A program made the position numbers and the translations under genes. A stretch of 43,944 nucleotides of DNA from Candidatus Moraniibacteriota bacterium (GTDB lineage Bacteria; Patescibacteriota; Minisyncoccia; Moranbacterales; UBA2206). Below, piece by piece: positions 1-9,485 of the stretch. The stretch covers positions 1 to 43,944 of the forward strand of contig JBAQUL010000007.1 of assembly GCA_049297495.1 (NCBI GenBank), given 5' to 3'. Numbering within the stretch: position 1 is the first letter of the stretch; the number at the start of each line of letters is the position of its first letter. The notes under the pieces are model-generated. The model saw only the letters and a list, made by a program, of their open reading frames with translations. It had not been told where the DNA came from and searched no databases.

Positions 1-1
1 T

Positions 2-136
2 AATCAAACTGTGACCGAATGGCTGGTTGAGTACAACTTCAGGCGTCCCCATGAGACATTAGGCTATGCCACCCCCATTAATTTCCATAATACTACGCAA
101 GTGTTACCTATGTGCCCTTCAAGAACAGCGCATTGA
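2..136 (+). mobile_element. 3' end of an IS transposase/integrase gene (rve-type DDE core C-terminus), cut by the window edge
   Basis: Frame 2 reads NQTVTEWLVEYNFRRPHETLGYATPINFHNTTQVLPMCPSRTAH, then TGA at 134-136. YNxxRPHxxLGxxTP is the conserved tail of retroviral-integrase-type transposases. Confidence 0.7.
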
Positions 137-347
137 CAGGAGGCTAAAAATGTGCTATACTTGGAAATCGTAATAAGGTCAGGCGAGCGGGTCATCAGCA
201 ATTCCTTATTATCTTGTGACGATAGTGATGGGAAGGAGGAGTAAGTTTTAGGTTAATAGAAACGATTTTGTAATTGAACTCATCGAACTTATTCTCAAAT
301 TATCTTTTTCATCACTTTCTTCGCAAGAAATATCTCGGATTTACATG

Positions 348-375
348 TTGACATCTCTCTTGATTCGTGTATAAT
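348..375 (+). promoter_or_regulatory. sigma70-like promoter (TTGACA, 16 nt spacer, TATAAT)
   Basis: TTGACA at 348-353 and TATAAT at 370-375. No long ORF follows before rnj at 632. Confidence 0.5.
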
Positions 376-564
376 AGTATGATATAATTTCAGCAGTGGA
401 AGAAAACCTTTTGTTTTAGTCAATTTATTCTATTTCTTTTATTATCAATTTCTCTTTTGCCTTTGCTACGGCAGATGAGCTTATTATTTTGTTTGTAGCT
501 TTTTACAGAAAAAGAGTCTGAAGTTTTTTCAGGGTCAACGCTGTTTAATTAATTTCTTTAAATA

Positions 565-590
565 AAAAAGCGCGAAGTCGCTTTTATTTG
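565..590 (+). terminator. weak stem-loop with T-tract (possible attenuator or terminator upstream of rnj)
   Basis: aaaagcg-cgaagt-cgctttt followed by atttg; short stem, so low confidence. Confidence 0.35.
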
Positions 591-631
591 AGATAACCAG
601 CTTTTTTGGTATCTTTAATTTTTCGAAAAGT

Positions 632-2449
632 ATGTTTAAAAAAACAACCAATGTATCGTCAGCTGGTTTGGTGCGTCCAAACAGTTTTACGATACCAAAA
701 AACCTCGATGGTTTAGCGAGGACAAAACAAAAACCAAGTCGGACCCCGATGCCGATTCAAGTTCATTCGGGAGGCGCTAAGGGATCTTTGCGGATTATTC
801 CTCTTGGAGGTCAAGAAGAGGTTGGTCGCAATATGACGCTATTTGAATATGGCGGAGATATTGTCATTCTCGACATGGGTATGATGTTCCCGGAAGAGGA
901 TATGCCAGGAATCGATTATATCATTCCTAATATCAGCTATCTCAAAGGGAAGGAAAAAAATATTCGTGGCGTGATCTTGAGCCATGGTCATTTGGATCAC
1001 ATTGGCGCTGCGCCAATCCTGCTTCGTCAATTGGGTTATCCACCAATCATTGGTCGAGATATGACGCTTGCAATGGTGAAGAAAAAACTAGAAGACTTTG
1101 AAAAGGGTTCAGCTCAAAACTTGAAAACTATTCGCGTGAAATCGGTTGAAGACAAACTTCGGCTGGGAAAATTCGAAATTGATTTTTTTGAAGTGGAGCA
1201 TTCTATCATGGACGCCGTTGGTGTAATTTTAAAGACTCCAGATGGGACAGTAATTCATCCTGGGGACTGGACAATGGAAAAAACTCCAGATGGCAAGAGA
1301 CTTGTAGATTACAGTCATCTATCTAAGTTGCCAAGCCCACGCATTTTAATGCTCGAAAGTCTCGGTGCTATCGTGACTAATCCATCTCGTACGACAGAAG
1401 AGGAGATGTATCACAATCTGGAAAAATTGATGAGTGAAGCGACAGGCAAGATTATTATCGGTACTTTTTCTTCACAAATTAGGAGAATCGGTCACATTCT
1501 GGAGTACGCTGAAAAGATTGGCAAGAAAGTGGCACTCGACGGCTATAGCATGAAAATGAATATTGATATTGCCAAAGAACTTGGTTACATTAAGATGCAT
1601 AAAGAAACATTGATCACGGTCAATGATTTGCATAAGTATCCAGAGAACAAAGTTGTGATTGTTTGCACTGGTGCGCAGGGCGAAGGCAATGCTGTGCTTT
1701 CTCGTATCATTACAGATAACCATAGGTTCATCAAGGTTAAGAAAAATGACACGATCGTTTTTTCCTCTTCGGTTATTCCGGGTAATGAAAGAACGATTCA
1801 GCGCTTAAAAGATAATCTTTATCGTAAATGTGACAATGTTATTCATAGTGATATTATGGATGTGCATACTAGCGGGCACTGTAGCGCCGCTGATATTCAA
1901 GAGTTGCTTCGTCAGGTGCGACCAGACTTTTTTATCCCGGTCTATGCTAATCACTATATGCTCAAAGAAGCAGAGAAGCTGGCCGTGCGAATCGGTTTTC
2001 GTAAAGAAAACATTTTCGTTATGGATAATGGGCATGTGCTTGAAGTGCAAAAAGGCGGTGCCAAGCTTTTGCCAAAAAAAGTTGATACCAGTTACGTTAT
2101 GGTGGACGGACTGGGCGTGGGGGACGTGGGACAAGTGGTCATTCGTGACCGCCAAGTGCTCAGCGCTGACGGCATGTTTGTCATCACGGTTATTCTTGAT
2201 AGTAAGAAGAAAGAAGTGGTCGGCAATATTCAAATCACATCGCGTGGTTTTATCTACGTCAAAGACAACTTTGATCTGATTAACGAAACCAAACGGCGAG
2301 TGCAAAAAGCCATCAAAGACACGACGTCTAAAAAAACTGCTCCCGAAAAGAAGTTTATCGAGGATAATATTCGTGAAGTGGTTGGACTCTATCTTTTCCA
2401 GCAAACTCAAAGACGTCCAATGGTTTTGCCGGTGATTATTGAAGTCTAG
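632..2449 (+). CDS. rnj: Ribonuclease J (metallo-beta-lactamase / beta-CASP family)
   Basis: 605-aa ORF. It has the HGHLDHIG (HxHxDH) motif, the IIPLGGQEEVGRNMT N-terminal beta-lactamase fold, and a beta-CASP plus C-terminal domain layout. About 50 aa of N-terminal extension. Confidence 0.9.
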   Translation: MFKKTTNVSSAGLVRPNSFTIPKNLDGLARTKQKPSRTPMPIQVHSGGAKGSLRIIPLGGQEEVGRNMTLFEYGGDIVILDMGMMFPEEDMPGIDYIIPNISYLKGKEKNIRGVILSHGHLDHIGAAPILLRQLGYPPIIGRDMTLAMVKKKLEDFEKGSAQNLKTIRVKSVEDKLRLGKFEIDFFEVEHSIMDAVGVILKTPDGTVIHPGDWTMEKTPDGKRLVDYSHLSKLPSPRILMLESLGAIVTNPSRTTEEEMYHNLEKLMSEATGKIIIGTFSSQIRRIGHILEYAEKIGKKVALDGYSMKMNIDIAKELGYIKMHKETLITVNDLHKYPENKVVIVCTGAQGEGNAVLSRIITDNHRFIKVKKNDTIVFSSSVIPGNERTIQRLKDNLYRKCDNVIHSDIMDVHTSGHCSAADIQELLRQVRPDFFIPVYANHYMLKEAEKLAVRIGFRKENIFVMDNGHVLEVQKGGAKLLPKKVDTSYVMVDGLGVGDVGQVVIRDRQVLSADGMFVITVILDSKKKEVVGNIQITSRGFIYVKDNFDLINETKRRVQKAIKDTTSKKTAPEKKFIEDNIREVVGLYLFQQTQRRPMVLPVIIEV

Positions 2450-2456
2450 AATTCTC

Positions 2457-2488
2457 TACGAATTACGAATTTGTACGAATGTACGAAT
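2457..2488 (+). repeat. 32-nt 3'-UTR element made of four TACGAAT units (unit-unit-3nt-unit-1nt-unit)
   Basis: tacgaat tacgaat ttg tacgaat g tacgaat, starting 8 nt after the rnj stop. The same architecture occurs at 12533-12564 on the minus strand. Confidence 0.7.
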
Positions 2489-2603
2489 AATGCCTAGCAA
2501 GAGCTCTGATTAGTCGGGGCTTTTGCTTTTAACCAAGAATTGCTTGAAACGGGAAAATGGGCTAAAATGGATTTAGTTAACTTCTTATGGGTAGTATTTA
2601 AAA

Positions 2604-2897
2604 ATGCCTATTTGGCTTGGTAATTATATGAGTCTAATGAAGAAAATCATTATTTTTGGCTTGATTATCCTTGGCGCTATTTTAATAGTTTTATATATTT
2701 GTTTTCGCAATTCAAAGCCCGACAATATTTACAAGAAAACGTATGAAGAATGCAATGGGGTTGGGCTGGGGTATAAGGGGATGTGCTATGGAAATTTGGC
2801 CGTAAAAAAGAACGATATTTCCATCTGCGAAAAAAACATCGCGGATGATTTTGATAAGAAAAAATGTATAGAAGAGTTTAATAATAGTAAAAAATAG
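2604..2897 (+). CDS. small single-pass membrane protein, Cys-containing ectodomain (hypothetical)
   Basis: ORF with the hydrophobic segment KKIIIFGLIILGAILIVLYICF. The true start is probably an internal Met at 2628 or 2637. Confidence 0.5.
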   Translation: MPIWLGNYMSLMKKIIIFGLIILGAILIVLYICFRNSKPDNIYKKTYEECNGVGLGYKGMCYGNLAVKKNDISICEKNIADDFDKKKCIEEFNNSKK

Positions 2898-2929
2898 TTC
2901 TTCTTTTTTTGTTTTTAAAAAATAACACT

Positions 2930-3790
2930 ATGAAAAAAATAATTAAAATTAGTCTAGCATTCTTCGGGGTAGTTTTCTTGGTCGGATGCGGAAAACAGTC
3001 CACGAATCAGGCTCAGCCAGTTGTGTCGACTCCAGCTGTGAATCAGTCAGCGAACAATCAATTAGATGCAGCGAAGCAATGCCAAAATTTTCCGCCACCA
3101 AGTTTTTGTCCTGGTGGGGTGGGGGATATTATTGTCACGGGCACTGATAACGATGGATGCTCAATTTATGGCTGCAAACCCGGTCAAGAAGGGCAAGTTT
3201 ATAAAAATGAAAAATATGGATTTCAATTGACGCTTCCAAAAGGTTGGGAGAACTATAAAGCCCTGGCAAACGAGACAACGGGCAGTAAAAACGTGGTTGC
3301 TTATGTGTACATAGACCTGCCGACAAGTGAAAAAACTTGGCCGGGCGATACTGATCCTGCTACTGGTAAATCGTTTATGGGGTATGCGAGTATGTTTGCA
3401 ATCACTGTTTGGAGCACTGATGGCTATGCTGCGGAATTGAAACGTTGCAAGACTGAGTCAGATCCGGGTTGTCCGGGAGCAGATGTTGTTTCTGTGAAAA
3501 GCGATAGGTATGTCTTTTCAATACGCGGACCACAAGCAATGCCGGAAGATTTGCAAAAAAGCATGGGGGGTGGATATATTGAAAAAATTAAGCAAAGTTT
3601 CAAGCTAGCTAATTCTGCCGATCAAGGAATTGAAACAGCAGATAAATGTAATATTTCATCCAAGGATGCGTGTGAAGCTAAGTCTGAGTGCTTTTGGAAA
3701 GATGCTGGCGGCAAAAAAGAATCACACTATTCATGTTGTCCGAAAGATGTTGAAAGCTCTCCAGAGAGATGTCGCATTATGGTTGATTAA
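2930..3790 (+). CDS. putative lipoprotein, Cys-rich (hypothetical)
   Basis: MKKIIKISLAFFGVVFLVGC lipobox-like signal peptide from the ATG at 2930. The tracked ORF starts at a TTG at 2909. Confidence 0.7.
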   Translation: MKKIIKISLAFFGVVFLVGCGKQSTNQAQPVVSTPAVNQSANNQLDAAKQCQNFPPPSFCPGGVGDIIVTGTDNDGCSIYGCKPGQEGQVYKNEKYGFQLTLPKGWENYKALANETTGSKNVVAYVYIDLPTSEKTWPGDTDPATGKSFMGYASMFAITVWSTDGYAAELKRCKTESDPGCPGADVVSVKSDRYVFSIRGPQAMPEDLQKSMGGGYIEKIKQSFKLANSADQGIETADKCNISSKDACEAKSECFWKDAGGKKESHYSCCPKDVESSPERCRIMVD

Positions 3791-3819
3791 TTGCTTGAAA
3801 TTGGAGAATGCTTTAAAAT

Positions 3820-4698
3820 GTGGTTAACCAAGCTGGTATAAAAATTGTGGCAGACAGTGAAAATCAAAACAATCAAATTGCTTTATTTAAAGGCAAGGCA
3901 ATCCGAAAAACGCTCTATCAAAAAGAGTGGTGGTTTTCGGTTGTGGATGTAGTTAGAGCGCTTCTTGATGAAGCGGATAGCTTAACTGCCAGAAAATACT
4001 GGAATAAACTCGCACAAAGACTCCGAGAGGAGGGAAGTGAACTGGTGACAATTTGTCACCAGTTGAAATTGCTAGCCGAAGACGGAAAAATGCGGGAAAC
4101 TGATTGTGCTAATACAGAGGGGATGTTTCGCATTGTTCAATCAATTCCTTCACCCAAAGCCGAGCCACTGAAACGTTGGTTGGCCAAAGTCGGCTATGAG
4201 CGGGTGCAAGAAATTGAAAATCCGGAACTAGCAACCAAAAGAACGAAATTACTCTATAAGCTCAAGGGTTATCCCGAAGATTGGATTGAAAAACGGATGC
4301 GTGGTATTGTGGTTCGCGAGGAGCTGACTGATGAGTGGCAAGAACGCGGGGCAAAGGAAAAGCGGGATTATGAAATTTTGACTGCTGAAATATCCAAAGC
4401 TACTTTCGGTATAACGCCAACGGAGTATAAAAAAGTGAAGGGGCTGAAGCGAGAGAACCTGCGTGATCATATGGATGATTTTGAATTGATTCTTACAATG
4501 CTCGGAGAAAAAACGACGACGGAAATTCATCGTACCAAAGATTCCCAGGGCTTGCCAAGATTGAAAGATGATGCTCGAGTTGGTGGACAAATCGCCGGAA
4601 CAGCCAGAAAGCAAATTGAAAGAAAATTGAAAAGGCCGATTGTTTCGAAGAATAATTTTTTGAAAAAGAGGCACACTAAGAAATTAAATAGCAAATAA
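3820..4698 (+). CDS. Bro-N domain protein, DinD-like (DNA-damage-inducible protein D family)
   Basis: GTG start. WWFSVVDVVRAL, RIVQSIPSPKAEPLKRWLAKVGYERVQE, LTDEW and NLRDHM blocks match my recollection of Bro-N/DinD-family proteins. The stop lies 4 nt before the trpS ATG. Confidence 0.6.
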   Translation: MVNQAGIKIVADSENQNNQIALFKGKAIRKTLYQKEWWFSVVDVVRALLDEADSLTARKYWNKLAQRLREEGSELVTICHQLKLLAEDGKMRETDCANTEGMFRIVQSIPSPKAEPLKRWLAKVGYERVQEIENPELATKRTKLLYKLKGYPEDWIEKRMRGIVVREELTDEWQERGAKEKRDYEILTAEISKATFGITPTEYKKVKGLKRENLRDHMDDFELILTMLGEKTTTEIHRTKDSQGLPRLKDDARVGGQIAGTARKQIERKLKRPIVSKNNFLKKRHTKKLNSK

Positions 4699-4702
4699 GC
4701 TT

Positions 4703-5899
4703 ATGAAAAAACGCATTTTTTCAGGCATTCAGCCATCAGGGAATCTCCACATCGGGAATTATCTCGGCGCAATTCAAAATTGGGTCAAGTTGCAAGATGA
4801 ATATGATTCAATTTTTTGTGTCGTGGATATGCATGCCATCACCGTTCCGCAAGACCCGAAAACGCTGCGCCTCCGCACAATTGAAATCGCTAAGATTTAT
4901 TTGGCAGCCGGCATCGACCCAAAGAAATGTTCCATCTTTATTCAGTCGCACGTCTCGGAACATGCGGAATTGGGGTGGGTATTGAATACGATTGCAAAAA
5001 TTCCAGAGCTGGAAAGAATGACACAATTCAAAGATAAGTCTGGAATTAAAGATATAAGGGAAGAACTCGACCGAGTTGGTAATTTTTTAAAAGAATTTAT
5101 CGAAAAAGACAAAGAAACCAGAAAAGTTTTGAGAGAAATCGATGTCACGAACATTTTAAATACCAGGAAAATAATTCAAGATCTTAAGGAAATAGAGAGT
5201 AATAGATATATTAATTTTGAAAAAGTTTTATCTTATACAAATGATATACTAGACAATATCCGTAATAGAGCTAGTGTTGATGTTGGTCTTTTCGATTACC
5301 CAGTCCTCATGGCCGCTGATATTCTTCTTTATGACACACAAGCAGTACCCGTTGGCAAAGATCAAAAACAACACATTGAATTAGCGCGGACTTTGGCGCA
5401 AAGATTTAATCATAAATTTGGCGAGACATTTATTATCCCCGAAGCCTACACAAAACCAGAAAGCGAGAACATCATGGGTCTCGATGATCCAATGAAAAAA
5501 ATGTCTAAATCGGCCAAATCGGAATATAATTACATCGCGCTTTCGGATGACGCCGAAACGGTGCGTAGAAAAATCAAAAAAGCGGTGACGGATTCTGGCA
5601 GCGAGGTTGTGTATCAAGAGGATAAACCGGCGCTCAAAAATCTGATTAATATTTATAGCCTTCTTGATGATAAAACGCCAAAAGAAGTGGAGAAACTTTT
5701 TGTAGGCAAGAAGTATTCTGATTTTAAGACTGAATTAGCCGAAGTTATCATTAAATTCCTCGAGCCGTTTCAAAAGAAAATGGGGGAGCTGAGTGATGAA
5801 AAAGTTTTGGCTATCCTGGAAGACGGTGCCAAAAAAGTGCGCCCATTGGCGAAGAAGAAACTCGAAGAGGTGAAAAATAAAATTGGGTTTATAGTCTAA
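4703..5899 (+). CDS. trpS: Tryptophan--tRNA ligase with a large internal insertion
   Basis: HIGH-type motif GNLHIGNYLGA, KMSKS motif, MTQFKDKS and GLFDYPVLMAADILLY blocks. 398 aa against roughly 330 aa for typical bacterial TrpRS. Confidence 0.9.
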   Translation: MKKRIFSGIQPSGNLHIGNYLGAIQNWVKLQDEYDSIFCVVDMHAITVPQDPKTLRLRTIEIAKIYLAAGIDPKKCSIFIQSHVSEHAELGWVLNTIAKIPELERMTQFKDKSGIKDIREELDRVGNFLKEFIEKDKETRKVLREIDVTNILNTRKIIQDLKEIESNRYINFEKVLSYTNDILDNIRNRASVDVGLFDYPVLMAADILLYDTQAVPVGKDQKQHIELARTLAQRFNHKFGETFIIPEAYTKPESENIMGLDDPMKKMSKSAKSEYNYIALSDDAETVRRKIKKAVTDSGSEVVYQEDKPALKNLINIYSLLDDKTPKEVEKLFVGKKYSDFKTELAEVIIKFLEPFQKKMGELSDEKVLAILEDGAKKVRPLAKKKLEEVKNKIGFIV

Positions 5900-6002
5900 A
5901 TGGTTATTTATTGTTAGAATGATTTAGCCATAAGGATTGCGCAGTTGCATGCTTAGATGAGACAGGGGTTGGAGCTGGCTATTAATCAAATTTTTATCAA
6001 GA

Positions 6003-7541
6003 ATGCCGATTATGCCAAAAGTGAATTTTTCGGAAAAAATAAAAAAACTTAGTAACTTTCTCGATCCATATTATCTTTGGCTTATTTTGATTTTGGCTTC
6101 AGTTTTCCGTTTATATCAAATTGCTTTGCGTGATTTTTGGTATGACGAAGCCTTTACTGGTGTTGCTGTCAAGGAAAATTTTTCTGACATGATTCAGATG
6201 ATTATCAATGATATCCATCCGCCTCTGTACTATATTTGTCTAAAAATATTCTCTCTCTTTTTTGATTATAGCGTTTTTGGTATTCGTCTTTTTTCCGCTA
6301 TTTTTGGCGTTCTCTCTGTCTGGGCGGTCTATCTTTTTGCAAAAGAGCTCTATGATAAGCGCGCCGGACTTTTTGCTGCTTTTGTGGTCGCAATCTCTCC
6401 TTTTGCAATTCAATATTCGCAAGAGGCTCGTATGTATTCTATGCTTTCTTTTTTCCTCATCATGGCAGCCTATTTCTTCCTGAAGGCACTCAAGACAAAC
6501 CAAACCAAAAACTATATCCTCTGGGGGGTGTTTTTGGGCTGTTCTTGCTTGACGCATTACATGGGCATCGTCTTTTCCGCCACATTTTACTTGGCTTATC
6601 TGGTGTGGAACATTTTTAATGAAATTGCTTATGGTCATAAGTTTAATTTTAAAAGTATCAACGGATTAATTCCCACAACCGGAATTCTGCTTGGCTACGG
6701 CTCGGCTTTTCTGGTATTTTCCTTTTGGATTGGAGAATTCTATCGTCATATCACCGATCTCGGGGATAATCTCAAATGGGTTCGCCCGGCTAATTTGGGT
6801 GATATTTTTTGGAATATACAGATGTTTCTTTTTGGGACACCTCTGGGCGAAATGTCTTCCGGTATGCCTAATCCTAATTTCTTTCATCACATCCAGCAGA
6901 CCTCAGTTTTGAGTGCGCTAACGGTTTTTCTCACGGGGGTTATTATCTACTTATTTGTCAAAGATAAAAAAAAGACAGCCATTCTTCTGGTTTTTTCTTT
7001 TGGATTTTTTGGGATTGTTTACGCTCTCTCTCTTTATGGCAAACACTATTTTGTTTCTCGCTATCTTGTGCCCGGCGCATATTTCATTTTCACCCTTTTG
7101 GGCGTTTGGCTTTCTCAAATCCGCTGGCGCTACGTTATCGCCACGTTTGCGCTTTATGGGGTCCTTTTGGTTTTTGCAGCGCACTTGGGATTTTCTACTG
7201 GTTGGAATGTACTGAAAGAAAATTCGCCAAAATATGAAAAAAACAATTTCTATATCCTCACTTCTTTTGATTACGTCATCGCCAGATATTATTTAGGTGA
7301 AAAAAAGCTTTATTTGTATAACGTCGATTGGCCAGCGTATGATCCCAGCCGTTGGGCAGCTATTGGACCAGAGCTTAGGCGAGTTGAAAGTTTTGACGCG
7401 ATTGCTAGCGACCCCAATGCCATTATCATCTCCAATACGCCGCTCACCAACAAGCGCAGTGTCGATCAATCGTTCAGCCCTAATCGCCTGGAGCTTATGG
7501 ATAGCTATAAAAATATTTTAGTTTATAAGATAAAAAAATAA
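6003..7541 (+). CDS. Polytopic membrane glycosyltransferase, GT39/ArnT/PMT-like
   Basis: 512 aa with more than 10 hydrophobic helices. The first-loop motif RDFWYDEAFTG (DE motif) is typical of the GT-C ArnT/PMT_2 family. Confidence 0.65.
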   Translation: MPIMPKVNFSEKIKKLSNFLDPYYLWLILILASVFRLYQIALRDFWYDEAFTGVAVKENFSDMIQMIINDIHPPLYYICLKIFSLFFDYSVFGIRLFSAIFGVLSVWAVYLFAKELYDKRAGLFAAFVVAISPFAIQYSQEARMYSMLSFFLIMAAYFFLKALKTNQTKNYILWGVFLGCSCLTHYMGIVFSATFYLAYLVWNIFNEIAYGHKFNFKSINGLIPTTGILLGYGSAFLVFSFWIGEFYRHITDLGDNLKWVRPANLGDIFWNIQMFLFGTPLGEMSSGMPNPNFFHHIQQTSVLSALTVFLTGVIIYLFVKDKKKTAILLVFSFGFFGIVYALSLYGKHYFVSRYLVPGAYFIFTLLGVWLSQIRWRYVIATFALYGVLLVFAAHLGFSTGWNVLKENSPKYEKNNFYILTSFDYVIARYYLGEKKLYLYNVDWPAYDPSRWAAIGPELRRVESFDAIASDPNAIIISNTPLTNKRSVDQSFSPNRLELMDSYKNILVYKIKK

Positions 7542-7559
7542 GGCCTAGTCAACTTCATA

Positions 7560-7596
7560 AAAAAAAGAGAGGCGCGAGGCCCCTCTTTTTTTTATG
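7560..7596. terminator. bidirectional rho-independent terminator between convergent genes
   Basis: aaaaaaaagagaggc-gcgag-gcccctctttttttt: a GC stem flanked by an A-tract and a T-tract. Confidence 0.75.
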
Positions 7597-7606
7597 TCTC
7601 GTTAGT

Positions 7607-7969
7607 TTACTTTTTTAATTCTGAGATTAACTCTTTGAGTTCACCAATGGTATATTTTGGAGTATTGCTATCAGGCGTAAATCCATATTCATCAGTTAAA
7701 GCATCCCACAAATCAAAGCCTTCAACTCTTGCAAGAAATTCATCTACTGGGTCTCTCGTGCCAATTTCTTTGCGTAACTCGTCAGGCAAATCTTTGAGTA
7801 GAATTGTTTCGCTTAGGATTCTAAGTTTGAGATACTGTTCAAGTTCAGAAGTAATTTGGGGCAGTTGACTTTTGGGTAGGTCTTTTTTAATTTCGTCAGC
7901 ACGTTTTGATATCTTTGACTCTGCTTGTTGTTCTGGTAATTTTGGTGCGGCTGGTATGTTGAAATTCAT
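7607..7969 (-). CDS. hypothetical acidic protein (120 aa)
   Basis: ORF only, ATG start, no obvious SD, no recognisable motif. Confidence 0.45.
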   Translation of the reverse strand: MNFNIPAAPKLPEQQAESKISKRADEIKKDLPKSQLPQITSELEQYLKLRILSETILLKDLPDELRKEIGTRDPVDEFLARVEGFDLWDALTDEYGFTPDSNTPKYTIGELKELISELKK

Positions 7970-8026
7970 AATTTTATTGTTACGAATTAAGCTATTTTAA
8001 TCAGTAAAAGTAAATTCGCCAAACGC

Positions 8027-9466
8027 TTATTCCAGCTCTAGCGCTTCCACATTTATCGGAGTGATTATCGCTCCGGTCCAGTCTACCTCCGGGTAACTAT
8101 GCAGAAATTCATTGAGATATTTTTTGAGCTGATCATAGCGTTCTTGAGTTTGTGCTTCAAATTTGATAGTCAGATATGGACCATTTTGAGAATAACGAAC
8201 CACAAACATCGAATCTGCCAGATTGAGCCTAACTCCATCTCCTGCTCTTTCATCGGAAATCACTTCTGCCTCGGGATAATCTTTTTGAAGCACAGCGCTC
8301 ATCTTTTCGATGAGGGCAACTTTCTTATCATCTGCGCAACCGATTTTTATTTCCGGGCTGGAGATGTATCTTGGCAAACTCTCCACTGCTTCAGAAAGCG
8401 ATTGATTAGTTCGTGACAAATAGGCAAGCAGGCGCAGGGTTGAATATATTCCATCGTCGTGGTTATAGAAATCAGTTGAGAAGAAAAAGTGGCCGGAAAG
8501 TTCTCCGATGAAGGCGGCTTTCACTTCTTGATTTTTTTTCTTCAGGAATGAATGTCCAGTTCTCCACATAAAGGGGACGCCGCCAGTAGCTGAAATTGTA
8601 TCTTCCACGACTTTTGAGCAGAGCGTGTTATACATTATTTTTTCTCCTGGATGTGAATGCAATACATCGGTGGAAAAAATGGCCACGAGTACATCGTTCC
8701 AAATCACGCCTCCCTTATCATCTACAATCCCGATGCGGTCGCCATCGGCATCATAGGAAAATCCAAGATCAGCTTTTTCTTCTAGAATTTCTCTGCTCAA
8801 TCTGTTGGCGACGATATTTTCAGTTGGGTCGGGAGTGCCCAGTGGAAATGACGGATCAATATTACAATTTTTTTCCACCACCTCACAGCCAATCTTTCGC
8901 AAAAATTCCGGCACAATCGCTCCTGCAGTGGAATTGCTCGGATCAATTACGACTTTGAATTTTTTTGTGATGGGCAATCTTTTGTTTAAATCTTCAAAAT
9001 AAGCCTGGCTGATATCTTGTTTTTCTATCTTTCCTGGTCGGTCACCCTTTTCGTAATCTTCTTCCTCGACCATTCTGCGGATTTCTTGAATCCCTTCGCT
9101 AACCAGTGTTTCTGAAAAACCAATTGCAAATTTAAATCCATTATACTCAGAGGGATTGTGCGAAGCTGTCACAAAAGCACCGCCAGGGGAATCGAGATAA
9201 TATTGTGCCCAATAAAAAGTGCCAACCAAACACATCCCAATATCAATCGTATCCACTCCAGCCCAACTGAATCCGCGGATCAGTGCTTCGCTATACTCGG
9301 CGCTAGTAAATCGACAATCACGTCCGACAACTGCCCTTGTCACGCCCTGCCTTTTCATATACGTTCCATGCGCTTTTCCCAGATGCTCTGCAATTTCCGG
9401 ACTAAGATCTTTCTTAACTATTCCTCGCAGGTCGTAGCCGCGAAAAATGTTTGGGTTTACTTGCAT
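8027..9466 (-). CDS. Phosphomannomutase/phosphoglucomutase (alpha-D-phosphohexomutase family)
   Basis: TASHNPSEYNGFK active-site loop, YDADGDRIG metal loop, GELSGH sugar loop. I start at the internal Met (MQVNPNIFRGYDLRG, 9466) because the tracked extension overlaps the upstream gene. Confidence 0.85.
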   Translation of the reverse strand: MQVNPNIFRGYDLRGIVKKDLSPEIAEHLGKAHGTYMKRQGVTRAVVGRDCRFTSAEYSEALIRGFSWAGVDTIDIGMCLVGTFYWAQYYLDSPGGAFVTASHNPSEYNGFKFAIGFSETLVSEGIQEIRRMVEEEDYEKGDRPGKIEKQDISQAYFEDLNKRLPITKKFKVVIDPSNSTAGAIVPEFLRKIGCEVVEKNCNIDPSFPLGTPDPTENIVANRLSREILEEKADLGFSYDADGDRIGIVDDKGGVIWNDVLVAIFSTDVLHSHPGEKIMYNTLCSKVVEDTISATGGVPFMWRTGHSFLKKKNQEVKAAFIGELSGHFFFSTDFYNHDDGIYSTLRLLAYLSRTNQSLSEAVESLPRYISSPEIKIGCADDKKVALIEKMSAVLQKDYPEAEVISDERAGDGVRLNLADSMFVVRYSQNGPYLTIKFEAQTQERYDQLKKYLNEFLHSYPEVDWTGAIITPINVEALELE

Positions 9467-9485
9467 ATTTTTTATAGTTAAAAAA

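Noticed and set aside
138-173. AGGAGG followed by a 7-codon ORF (MCYTWKS) right after the transposase stop
   Set aside because: It is too short to support as a gene. It is more likely part of the IS terminal region, or chance.
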